DNA of 64,000 nucleotides from Hemiscyllium ocellatum (lineage: Eukaryota), in assembly GCF_020745735.1 (NCBI RefSeq), contig NW_026869227.1, positions 1 through 64,000 on the forward strand, written 5' to 3'. Below, one piece after another: positions 37,067 to 48,500 of the stretch. How positions within the stretch are numbered: the stretch's first letter is position 1; each line of letters starts with the position of its first letter. The notes beneath the pieces were generated by a model, which ran no database searches, was not told where the DNA came from, and saw nothing but the letters and a program-made list of their open reading frames with translations. The position numbers and the translations under genes were made by a program.

Positions 37067-38165
37067 CAGAGAGAGAGGGAGGGGGTGTAAGGGGGCTGGA
37101 GGGGGGTGACAGAGAGAGGGAGGGGGTGTGAGGGGCTGGAGGGACGTGACAGAGAGAGGGAGGGGGTGCAAGGGGGCTGGAGGGACGTGGCAGAGAGAGG
37201 GGGTGTAGGGGGCTGGAGGGACGTGGCAGAGAGAGGGAGGGGGTGTGAGGGGGCTGGAGGGAAGTGGCAGAGAGAGGGGGTGTAGGGGGCTGGAGGGAAG
37301 TGGCAGAGAGAGGGGGTGTAGGGGGCTGGAGGGACGTGGTAGAGAGAGGGGGTGTAGGGGGCTGGAGGGAAGTGGCAGAGAGAGGGGGTGTAGGGGCTGG
37401 AGGGACGTGGTAGAGAGAGGGGGGTGTAGGGGGCTGGAGGGACGTGGTAGAGAGAGGGGGGTGTAGGGGGCTGGAGGGACGTGGTAGAGAGAGGGGGTGT
37501 AGGGGGCTGGAGGGAAGTGGCAGAGAGAGGGAGGGGGTGTAAGGGGCTGGAGGGACGTGACAGAGAGAGGGAGGGGGTGTAGGGGGCTGGAGGGACGTGA
37601 CAGAGAGAGGGAGGGGGTGTAGGGGGCTGGAGGGACGTGACAGAGAGAGGGAGGGGGTGTGAGGGGGCTGGAGGGACGTGACAGAGAGAGGGAGGGGGTG
37701 TAAGGGGCCGGAGGGACGTGACAGAGAGAGGGAGGGGGTGTGAGGGGGTGTAGGGGGCCGGAGGGACGTGGCAGAGAGAGGGAGGGGGTGTAAGGGGCCG
37801 GAGGGACGTGACAGAGAGAGGGAGGGGGTGTAAGGGGCCGGAGGGACGTGACAGAGAGAGGGAGGGGGTGTGAGGGGGCTGGAGGGAAGTGGCAGAGAGA
37901 GGGGGTGTAGGGGGCTGGAGGGAAGTGGCAGAGAGAGGGGGTGTAGGGGGCTGGAGGGGGTGAAACACAGATAGGGAGGGGGTGTAGGGGGCTGGAGGGA
38001 AGTGGCAGAGAGAGGGGGTGGAGGGGGGTGACACACAGAGATAGGGAGGGGCTGGAGGGGGTGACACACACAGAGATAGGGAGGGGGTGTAGGGGGCTGG
38101 AGGGGGTGACACACACCGAGATAGGGAGGGGGCTGGAGGGGGTGACACGGGGACAGGGAGGTGGG
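37067..38165 (+). repeat. G-rich ~35-40-bp minisatellite between the two convergent 3' ends
   Basis: Unit ~cagagagagggagggggtgtagggggctggagggacgtga, with four G3+ runs per unit. Related units at 41141-41250. Confidence 0.93.
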
Positions 38166-38223
38166 TGGTAGAGAGACTGTAGTGAAGACAGTGTGTGGAG
38201 CCGCGCTGAACACGTCTCTGATC

Positions 38224-38229
38224 TTTATT
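38224..38229 (-). terminator. Probable ASB8 polyadenylation signal (AATAAA)
   Basis: tttatt on +, about 660 nt downstream of the ASB8 stop, in unique sequence. Confidence 0.65.
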
Positions 38230-38392
38230 AAGATTGTTGCATTGTAAGTGAGCAGCATCGAGGGACTGACGCCCACACACACTGAGCACCGTACAACTCC
38301 CGGACCCAAACCTACCCCTACGTTTATATAGTCGTTATCATGGTGGGGGGGTGGGGTGGGCTGTGATCGCAGCCTCCATCATCCACCAGGCC

Positions 38393-38870
38393 TCCTGCTG
38401 TTCCTGTGTGTGACAGGCTGGAGGAGGGAGGGGCCGAATGGCCTCGTGTTCCTGTGTGTGACAGGCTGGAGGAGGGAGGGGCTGAATGGCCTCGTGTTCC
38501 TGTGTGTGACAGGCTGGAGGAGAGGGGGCCGAATGGCCTCGTGTTCCTGTGTGTGACAGGCTGGAGGAGGGAGGGGCTGAATGGCCTCGTGTTCATGTGT
38601 GTGACAGGCTGGAGGAGAGGGGGCCGAATGGCCTCATGTTCCTGTGTGTGACAGGCTGAAGGAGAGGGGGCCGAATGGCCTTGTGTTCCTATGTGACAGG
38701 CTGGAGGAGGGAGGGGCTGAATGGCCTGTTCTGATGTGACAGGCTGGAGGAAAGAGGAGAGGGGGCCGAATGGCCTCGTGTTCCTGTGTGACAGGCTGGA
38801 GGAGGAGAGGGGCCGAATGGCCTCCTGTTCTTGTGTGACAGGCTGGAGGAGAGGGGCAGAATGGCCTCCT
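38393..38870 (+). repeat. ~47-bp minisatellite (~10 copies) in the ASB8 3' UTR
   Basis: Unit ~gttcctgtgtgtgacaggctggaggagggaggggccgaatggcctcgt. Ends ~20 nt from the ASB8 stop codon. Confidence 0.92.
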
Positions 38871-38890
38871 CCCTCTTTCCCGCCCCCCCC

Positions 38891-39493
38891 TCACCCCACC
38901 AGCAGCAGGTAACGCTTGATGGCGCCAGGCAGGGGCAGCGTCTCCACCGCGGCCGGGAGGTGCCGTGCGCCCAGGCAGCGCCGCACCTCCCGGCGGCTCA
39001 ACCCCTTCAGGCTGCCCGGCCCGGGGTAGCCCGCACCCGGGCGGGACCCCCCACCTCCCCCTCCCGCCGCCGGCGCCTGCCCCTCGGCCTCGCGAAGCAG
39101 GGCCAGGCACTCCTCCTCGCGCGGCCCGCCCAGACCGCGGGCCAGCAGCGCCATGAGGCGAGCCGCCGGTGTTTGCCCCTTCAGGTTGCGGGCGCTGGCC
39201 TGCGCCCCGTACTCCAGGAGGACCCGGGCGCTCCCCAGGTTGCCCCGCGAGGCGGCCCAGCTCAGCGGGGTATCCCTGTGGTAGTCGCGGGCGTCCACCC
39301 TCGCCCCGGCGCCCAGCAGCGCCCGGGCGCACTCGGGCCTGTCCCGGTAGGAAGCCCAGTGCAGCGGGGAGTCCATGTTGCCGTCCGGGGCGTTGGGGTC
39401 CGCGCCGAACCCCAGGAGGATCTCCACACAGCCCACGTCTCTCTCAGCCGCGTAGTGCAGCGCCGTCCTGCGGTAGCCATCCACGGCGTTCAC
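38891..39493 (-). CDS. ASB8: ASB8 last coding exon: ankyrin repeats plus C-terminal SOCS box
   Basis: ttgcag| acceptor. Ankyrin motifs TALHYAA, SPLHWA and TPLSWA; SOCS box SLKGLSRREVRRCLG...LPLPGAIKRYLLL. TGA at 38893-38891. Confidence 0.95.
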   Translation of the reverse strand: MNAVDGYRRTALHYAAERDVGCVEILLGFGADPNAPDGNMDSPLHWASYRDRPECARALLGAGARVDARDYHRDTPLSWAASRGNLGSARVLLEYGAQASARNLKGQTPAARLMALLARGLGGPREEECLALLREAEGQAPAAGGGGGGSRPGAGYPGPGSLKGLSRREVRRCLGARHLPAAVETLPLPGAIKRYLLLVG

Positions 39494-39654
39494 CTGCAAC
39501 GGGAGAGACGGAAACAGCCGGGGGTGGGAGGAGAGAGAGAGCCGAGACGTTAGATACACATCTCACTGTGGAAGGCAACTTTCCGCACTCGCAGTGAAAC
39601 GACAGAAGACGATCCAGGGAGATCTATGATGGGAAAACAATGAGGAGGCTCAGT

Positions 39655-40362
39655 AGGTTTAATTAGTGTTTTACTGGAACAGCACATTGATAAGTTAAAT
39701 AAGTGTTTTACCGGAACAGCGTATTGACATAGGTTTAATAAGTGTTTTACCGGAACAGCATATTGATATAGGTTTAATCAGTGTTTTACAGGAACAGCGT
39801 ATTGACGTAGGTTTAATAAGTGTTTTACTGGAACAGTGTACTGATATAGGTTTAATAAGTATTTTACTGGAACAGCATATTGATGTAGGTTTAATAAGTG
39901 TTTTACCAGAACAGCGTATTGACATAGGTTTAATAAGTGTTTTACCGGAACAGCGTATTGGTGTAAGTTTAATAAGTGTTTTACTGGAACAGTGTACTGA
40001 TGTAGGTTCAATAAGTGTTATACCGGAACAGCATATTTAAGTAGGTTCAATAAGTATTTTACCGGAACAGCGTATTAATGCAGATTTAATAAGTGTTTTA
40101 CCGGAACAGCATATTGAGGTAGGTTTAGTAAGTTTTTTACTGGAACAGTGTATTGATGCAGGTTTAATAAGTGTTTTACCGGAACAGCGTATTGAGGTAG
40201 GTTTAATAAGTGTTTTACCGGTACAGCATATTGAGGTAGGTTTAGTAAGTTTTTTACTGGAACAGTGTATTGATGCAGGTTTAATAAGTGTTTTACCGGA
40301 ACAGCGTATCGATGCAGGTTTAATAAGTGTTTTACCAGAACAGCATATTGATGTAGGTTTGA
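39655..40362 (+). repeat. AT-rich 39-bp minisatellite (~18 copies) in the last ASB8 intron
   Basis: Unit aggtttaataagtgttttaccggaacagcrtattgatgt; gives a 13-aa period in the ORF track. Confidence 0.93.
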
Positions 40363-40531
40363 GTGAGTTGTCAGTAGATGTCTTTTAAGTGTTGGCTTTC
40401 AGGGTTAAAACAATGAATTGATGTTGTTTTCCCCGGGTAGCGGAATTTGGGGAGGTCTCCGACGCTTTAAGGTTTTAACAGATTACGAGGCAAGGTTTTC
40501 TGAGTGAGTTAATTAACAGAAAGGTTCCATT

Positions 40532-40862
40532 CAGCACTGACCATCCAACTGTCCCCTATCATCTCAGCACTGACCCTCCCACAGCACCTGCTCCCTCAGC
40601 ACTGACCCTCCCACAGCACCCGCTCCCTCAGCACTGACCCTCCCACAGCACCCACTCCCTCAGCACTGACCCTCCCACAGCACCCGCTCCCTCAGCACTG
40701 ACCCTCCCACAGCACCCGCTCCCTCAGCACTGACCCTCCCACAGCACCCGCTCCCTCAGCACTGACCCTCCCTCAGCACCCACTCCCACAGCACTGACCC
40801 TCCCACAGCACTGACCCTCCCTCAGCACTGACCCCCCCCATAGCACTGACCCTCCCACTGCA
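40532..40862 (+). repeat. Short array of the 32-bp cagcactgaccctcccacagcacccrctccct repeat
   Basis: Same unit as the large array at 55173-64000. Confidence 0.9.
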
Positions 40863-40882
40863 CCAGCTACCTCTTTATTTAC

Positions 40883-40987
40883 CTCAGCTCCTTTCTCCAG
40901 GAGCAGTTCCACACAGTCTGGGTCAGCCATCATACAGGCGCAGTGCAGGGGCTTGAGTGTGCCATGGGTGCAGTTGATATCAGCTCC
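40883..40987 (-). CDS. ASB8: ASB8 second coding exon (GADINCTHGTLKPLHCACMMADPDCVELLLEKGAE), ankyrin repeat
   Basis: acag| acceptor, |gtaaat donor, 105 nt, phase 0/0. Matches human GADVNCTHGTLKPLHCACMVSDADCVELLLEKGAE. Confidence 0.95.
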
Positions 40988-41328
40988 CTGTCACGGGTAA
41001 GCGGGCGGAGGGGTGGGTGAGGGAGAGGGAGAACACACAGCAAAGGATGAAAGTCTGATCTACTCCAATCACTGATAACCCCTCCCACATGTACTCACTC
41101 TCTGTCTTTTAACACACTCAGGGGATGTGGGAATCACTGTCTGGAGGGGGTGACACACACAGAGATAGGGAGGGTGTATAGGGGGCTGGAGGGGGTGACA
41201 CACAGAGATAGGGAGGGGGTGTAGGGGGCTGAAGGGGGTGACACACACAGGAGATGGGGATGGGAGATAGATTCTCTTGATGGTTCTGGCAACCCCCAGG
41301 ATGTTGATAGTGAAGGGAAAGGGATTCA

Positions 41329-42070
41329 TTGGTCACACCATTGACCTTATACTTAATGGTAAGGTCCTGGGGGAGTGTTGGTGAACACAGAGACCTTGGA
41401 GTGCAGGGTCATAGCTCCTTGAAAGTGGAGTTGCAGGTAGATAGGATAGTGAAGGAGGGGTTTGGTATGCTTTCCTTTATTGGTCAGAATATTGAGTACA
41501 GGAGTTGGGGGGGGGTCACGTTGCGGCTGTACAGGACATTGGTTAGGGGCCCCTGTTGGAATATTGTGTTCAATCCCGGTCTCCCTGCTACAGGAAAGAT
41601 GTTGTGGGAGGGTTCGGAAAAGATTGACAAGGATGTTGGAGGGTTTGAGCTACAGGGAGAGGCTGGACAGGCTGGGGCTGTTTTCCCTGGAGCGTCGGAG
41701 GCTGAGGGGGTGGGCTTATAGAGGTTTATAACATCACGAGGGTGGGGGGTAAATAGACAAGGTCTTTTCCCCCCTGGGGTGGGGGAGTCCAGAACTAGAG
41801 GGGGATAGGTTTAAGGTGAGAGGGGGGAAAGGGACCAGAGGGGCAACATTTTCCCCCCAGAGGGTGGTGTGTGTGTGTGGGAGGAGCTGCCAGAGGAAGT
41901 GGGTGGGGGCTGGTACAATGACAGCATTTAAAAGGTGGGTGGGGGACAGGAACAGGAAGGGTTTAGAGGGAGATGGGGCCAAGTGCTGGGAGAATGGGGA
42001 CTGGGTTAGGTTAGGGATATCTGGGTCAGCACGGACGGGTCGGGCCGAAGGGTCTATTTCTGTGCTGAGA
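41329..42070 (+). mobile_element. 5'-truncated, frameshifted CR1/HER1-type LINE (antisense in an ASB8 intron)
   Basis: Fragments translate RDLGVQ.HSSLKV..QVDR.VK, LYRTLVR, LSYRERLDRLGLFSLERRRLRG and AGTMTAFKR, all CR1 ORF2 C-terminal motifs. The 3' UTR gggccgaagggtct matches the 35.5-kb copy. Confidence 0.9.
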
Positions 42071-42115
42071 TTCAGTGACGGTAACGCCATTGAACTTCAA
42101 AGGGCCGATGGTTAG

Positions 42116-42156
<41 letters not shown>

Positions 42157-42289
42157 GGAGACGGTAACCCCCAGGCTGTTGATAGTCGGGGGGAAGGGGG
42201 ATTCAGTGACGGTAACGCCAATGACTGAGCCACTCTCACACCCGCCTACAGTCAGACTGTGTTTGTGAGCCCCTCCCTCTCTCACTGAC

Positions 42290-42415
42290 CTGATTGATGA
42301 GGTCCTCCACATTGTCGTGTGGGAAGGAGCGGACCGCGATAGTACGGATTAGTCTCTCCGACAGCGAGTACTTGCTTTGGATGGATTGCATGATGTACCA
42401 CATGCTGGGATTCAT
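42290..42415 (-). CDS. ASB8: ASB8 first coding exon (MNPSMWYIMQSIQSKYSLSERLIRTIAVRSFPHDNVEDLINQ)
   Basis: Nearly identical to the recalled human ASB8 N-terminus MSSSMWYIMQSIQSKYSLSERLIRTIAAIRSFPHDNVEDLI. Donor CAG|gtcagt; probable acceptor ccag| at 42466 leaves 50 nt of 5' UTR in this exon. Confidence 0.95.
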
Positions 42416-42432
42416 CGGCCAGGCTGGTACAT
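42412..42432 (-). promoter_or_regulatory. uORF (MYQPGR*) whose TGA overlaps the ASB8 ATG
   Basis: Minus strand reads ATG TAC CAG CCT GGC CGA TGA; the last A of CGA plus TG forms the main ATG. It lies downstream of the predicted acceptor at 42466. Confidence 0.55.
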
Positions 42433-42529
42433 GACAGCGCCTGGCACTGGGCGCCGGGTCGCTGTCTGGTGTTAGAGCGGGCAAGGGCAGCGGTGTGAGC
42501 CGGAGGGAGGTGACAACAGGAGAGTATCG

Positions 42530-45500
42530 CTGTCGAAATACAACCGAGAGGCTACAGTCAGCAACGCAGTGAACACACCGACGAGAGGCTACAGTCAGAT
42601 AGCAACAAGGTGAACGCACAAGTGAGAGACTATAGTCAGACAGCAACAAGGTGAATGCACAGGTGAGAGGCTACAGTCAGACAGCAACAAGGTGAACACG
42701 GGCGAGAGGATATAGTTTCGCAGTAACAATGTGAATATGCAGGTGAGAGGCTACAGTCAGCAACAATGTCAACACATGAGGTGGCAGCCACCATTGTGAA
42801 CAAACGGGCGAGAGGCTACAGTCGGGCAACAACAATGTGAAAATACAGCAACGAGGTGAACACAGGTGAGAGATTACAGTCACACAGCAACAAGGTGAAC
42901 ACAGGCGAGAGACTACAGTCACACATCAACAAGGTGAACAGGTGAGCATACAGTCACACAGCATCAAAGGGAACACAGGCGAGAGACTACAGTCACACAA
43001 CAATGTGAACACAGGCGAGAGACTACAGTCAGGAACAAGGTGAATACACAGGCGAAAGACTACAGTCACACGGCAACAAGGTGAACACAGGCGAGAGACT
43101 ACAGTCACACAGCAACAGGGTGAACAGGTGAGAGACTATAGTCACCGCATCAAAGTGAACACAGGCAAGAGACTACAGTCGCACATCAACAAGGTCAGCA
43201 CACAGACAATAGTGTACAGTCAGACAGGAACAAGGTGAACACAGGCAAGAGACTGCAGTCACACATCAACGAGGTGAGCACACAGACAATAGGGTACAGT
43301 CAGACAGAAACTGTGAACACAGGCGAGAGACTATAGTCAGGAACAACGTGAACACAGGCGAAAAACTACAGTCAGGCAGCGACAAGGTGAACAGGTGAGA
43401 CTACAGTCAGACAGGAACAAGGTGAACACACAGGCGAGAGACTACGGTCAGACAGGAACAAGATGGACACACAGGCGAGAGACTACAGTCAGACAGCAAC
43501 AAGGTGAACAGGTGAGACTACGGTCAGACAGGAACAAGATGGACACACAGGTGAGAGACTACGGTCACACAGCAACAAGGTGAGCACACGGACAATAATG
43601 TACAGTCAGACAGGAACAAGGTGGACACAGGCAAAAGACTACAGTCACATGGCAACAAGGTGAACACAGGTGAGAGATTACAGTCGGACAGCAACAAAGT
43701 GAACATGTGAGAGACTACAGTCACCCTGCATCGAAGTGAACACAGGCGAGAGACTACAGTCACACATCAAGGTCAGCACACAGACAATAGTGTATAGTCA
43801 GACAGGAATAAGGTGAACATGGGCAAGACACTGCAGTCACACAGCAACAATGTGAACACAGGCAAGAGACTACAGTCACACATCAACGAGGTGAACAGGT
43901 GAGAGACTACAGTCAGATAGCAACAAAGTGAACACAGGTGAGAGACTACAGTCACACATCAACAAGGACAGCACACAGACAATAGTGTACAGTCAGACAG
44001 AAACAAGGTGAACACAGGCAAGAGACTACAGTCACACAGCAACAATGTGAACACAGGTGAGAGACTACAGTCAGGAACAAGGTGAACACACAGGCGAGAG
44101 ACTACAGTCACACAGCAACAAGGTGAACAGGTGAGACTACAGTCAGACAGGAACAAGGTGAACACAGGCGAGAGACCAGAGTCAGACCGGAACAAGGTGA
44201 ACACAGGCGAGAGACTACAGTCACACAGCAACAAGGTGAGCACACAGATGATAGTGTATAGTCCGACAGGAACAAGGTGAACACAGGCGAAAGACTACAG
44301 TCACACGGCAACAAGGTGAACAGGTGAGAGACTATAGTCACCACATCAAAGTGAACACAGGCAAGAGACTACAGTCGCACATCAACAAGGTCAGCACACA
44401 GACAATAGTGTACAGTCAGACAGCAACGATGTGAACACAGGCGAGAGACTACAGTCGCACATCAACAAGGTCAGCACACAGACAATAGTGTATAGTCAGA
44501 CAGGAATAAGGTGAACATGGGCAAGACACTGCAGTCACACAGCAACAATGTGAACACAGGCAAGAGACTACAGTCACACATCAACGAGGTGAACAGGTGA
44601 GAGACTACAGTCAGATAGCAACAAAGTGAACACAGGTGAGAGACTACAGTCACACATCAAGGACAGCACACAGACAATAGTGTACAGTCAGACAGAAACA
44701 AGGTGAACACAGGCAAGAGACTACAGTCACACAGCAACAATGTGAACACAGGTGAGAGACTACAGTCAGGAACAAGGTGAACACGGGAAAGACTACAGTC
44801 AGACAGCAACAAGGTGAACACAGGCGAGAGACTACAGTCACACAGCAACAAGGTGAGCACACACGATAATGTACAGTCAGATAGGAACAATGAACACAGG
44901 CGAAAGACTACAGTCACACGGCAACAAGGTGAACACAGGCGAGAGACTACAGTCACACAGCAACAAGGTGAACAGGTGAGAGACTATAGTCACCGCATCA
45001 AAGTGAACACAGGCAAGAGACTACAGTCGCACATCAACAAGGTCAGCACACAGACAATAGTGTACAGTCAGACAGGAACAAGGTGAACACAGGCAAGAGA
45101 CTGCAGTCACACATCAACGAGGTGAGCACACAGACAATAGGGTACATTCAGACAGCAACAAGGTGAGCACAGGGGAGAGACTACAGTCAGGAACAAGGTG
45201 AACACAGGCGAAAGACTACAGTCAGCAACAAGGTGAACACAGGCAAGAGACTACAGTCAGACAGCAACAAGGTGAACAGGTGAGACTACGGTCAGACACA
45301 AACAAGGTGAGCACACAGTGTACAGTCAGACAAGAACAAGGTGAACACACGAGAGATTACAATCAGCAACAAGGTGAACACAGGCAAGACACTACAGTCA
45401 CACAGCAACAAGGTGAGCACACAGATGAGAGTGTACAGTCAGACAGGAACAATGTGAACACAGGCGAGAGATTACAGTCAGACAGCAAGGTGACACAAGC

Positions 45501-48500
45501 GAGAGACTACAGTCAGACAGCAACAAGGTGAACGCATGGGTGAGAGGCTACAGTCAGACAGAAACAAGGTGAGCACAGACAATAGTGTACAGTCAGACAA
45601 ACAATGTGAACACAGGCGAGAGACTATAGTCAGGAGCAACGTGAACACAGGCGAAAAACTACAGTCAGGCAGCGACAAGGTGAACAGGTAAGAGACTACA
45701 GTCAGACAGGAACAAGGTGAACACAGGCAAAAGACTACAGTCACATGGCAACAAGGTGAACACAGGTGAGAGACTACAGTCAGACAGCAACAAGGTGAAC
45801 AGGTGAGAGACTACAGTCACACCGCATCAAAGTGAACACAGGCGAGAGACTACAGTCACACATCAAGGTCAGCACACAGACAATGGTGTACAGTCAGGAA
45901 CAAGCTGAACACAGGCAAGAGACCAGTCACACATCAACGTGGTGAGCACACAGACAATAGGGTACAGTCACACAGCAACAAGGTGAACACAGGCGAGAGA
46001 CTAGTCAGACAGCAACAATGTGAACATAGGTGAGAGACTACAATCAGGAACAAGGTGAACACAGGTGCGCGACAATAGTCAGACAGGGACAAGGTGAACA
46101 CAGGCAAGAGATTACAGTCACACACCAGCAAGGTGAGCACACAGATGATAATGTACAGTCAGACAGGAACAAGGTGAACACAGGTGAAAGACTACAGTCA
46201 CACGGCAACAAGGTGGACACAGGCGAGAGACTACAGTCACACAGCAACAAGGTGAACACAGGCAAAAGACTACAGTCACATGGCAACAAGGTGAACACAG
46301 GTGAGAGATTACAGTCGGACAGCAACAAAGTGAACATGTGAGAGACTACAGTCACCCTGCATCGAAGTGAACACAGGCGAGAGACTACAGTCACATATCA
46401 AGGTCAGCACACAGACAATAGTGTATAGTCAGACAGGAATAAGGTGAACGTGGGCAAGACACTGCAGTCACACAGCAACAATGTGAACAGGCGAGAGACT
46501 ACAGTCACACATCAACGAGGTGAACAGGTGAGAGACTACAGTCAGACAGGAACAAGGTGAACACAGGCGAGAGACTACAGTCAGACAGGAACAAGGTGAA
46601 CACAGGCGAGAGACTACAGTCACACGGCAACAAGGTGAACACATGCGAGACTACAGTCAGATAGCAACAAAGTGAACATGTGAGAGACTACAGTCACACA
46701 GCATCAAAGTGAACACAGGTGAGAGACTACAGTCACACATCAACAAGGACAGCACACAGACAATAGTGTACAGTCAGACAGAAACAAGGTGAACACATAA
46801 GCGAGAGACAACAGTCAGACAGGAACAATGTGAACACAGGCGAGAGACTACAGTCAGGAACAAGGTGAACACAGATGATAGTGTACAGTCAGACAGGAAC
46901 AAGGTGAACACAGGCAAAAGACTACAGTCACATGGCAACAAGGTGAACACAGGTGAGAGACTACAGTCAGACAGCAACAAGGTGAACAGGTGAGAGACTA
47001 CAGTCACACCGCATCAAAGTGAACACAGGCGAGAGACTACAGTCACACATCAAGGTCAGCACACAGACAATAGTGTACAGTCAGGAACAAGCTGAACACA
47101 GGCAAGAGACCAGTCACACATCAACGTGGTGAGCACACAGACAATAGGGTACAGTCACACAGCAACAAGGTGAACACAGGCGAGAGACTAGTCAGACAGC
47201 AACAATGTGAACATAGGTGAGAGACTACAATCAGGAACAAGGTGAACACAGGTGCGCGACAATAGTCAGACAGGGACAAGGTGAACACAGGCAAGAGATT
47301 ACAGTCACACACCAGCAAGGTGAGCACACAGATGATAATGTACAGTCAGACAGGAACAAGGTGAACACAGGTGAAAGACTACAGTCACACGGCAACAAGG
47401 TGGACACAGGCGAGAGACTACAGTCACACAGCAACAAGGTGGACACAGGCAAAAGACTACAGTCACACAGCAACAAGGTGAACACAGGTGAGAGATTACA
47501 GTCAGACAGCAACAAAGTGAACATGTGAGAGACTACAGTCACCCTGCATCGAAGTGAACACAGGCGAGAGACTACAGTCACATATCAAGGTCAGCACACA
47601 GACAATAGTGTATAGTCAGGCAGGAATAAGGTGAACATGGGCAAGGCACTGCAGTCACACAGCAACAATGTGAACACAGGCGAGAGACTACAGTCACACA
47701 TCAACGAGGTGAACAGGTGAGAGACTACAGTCAGATAGCAACAAAGTGAACATGTGAGAGACTACAGTCACAGCATCAAAGTGAACACAGGTGAGAGACT
47801 ACAGTCACACATCAACAAGGACAGCACACAGACAATAGTGTACAGTCAGACAGAAACAAGGTGAACACAGGCAAGAGACTACAGTCACACAGCAACAATG
47901 TGAACACAGGTGAGAGACTACAGTCAGGAACAAGGTGAACACACAGGCGAGAGACTACAGTCACACAGCAACAAGGTGAACAGGTGAGACTACAGTCAGA
48001 CAGGAACAAGGTGAACACAGGCGAGAGACCAGAGTCAGACCGGAACAAGGTGAACACAGGCGAGAGACTACAGTCACACAGCAACAAGGTGAGCACACAG
48101 ATGATAGTGTATAGTCCGACAGGAACAAGGTGAACACAGGCGAAAGACTACAGTCACACGGCAACAAGGTGAACAGGTGAGAGACTATAGTCACCACATC
48201 AAAGTGAACACAGGCAAGAGACTACAGTCGCACATCAACAAGGTCAGCACACAGACAATAGTGTACAGTCAGACAGCAACGATGTGAACACAGGCGAGAG
48301 ACTACAGTCGCACATCAACAAGGTGAGCACACAGACGATAATGTACAGTCAGACAGGAACGAGGTGAACACACAGATGAGAGTGTACAGACAGGAACAAT
48401 GTGAACACAGGCGAGAGACTACAGTCAGACAGCAAAGTGACACGAGCGAGAGACTACAGTCACACAGCAACAAAGTGAACACAATAGTGTACAGTCAGGA

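Noticed and set aside
42071-42225. Direct repeat ttcagtgacggtaacgcca (two copies plus a partial) as a CRE-type element
   Set aside because: Not a proper TGACGTCA/TGACGTAA site; more simply a small local duplication.
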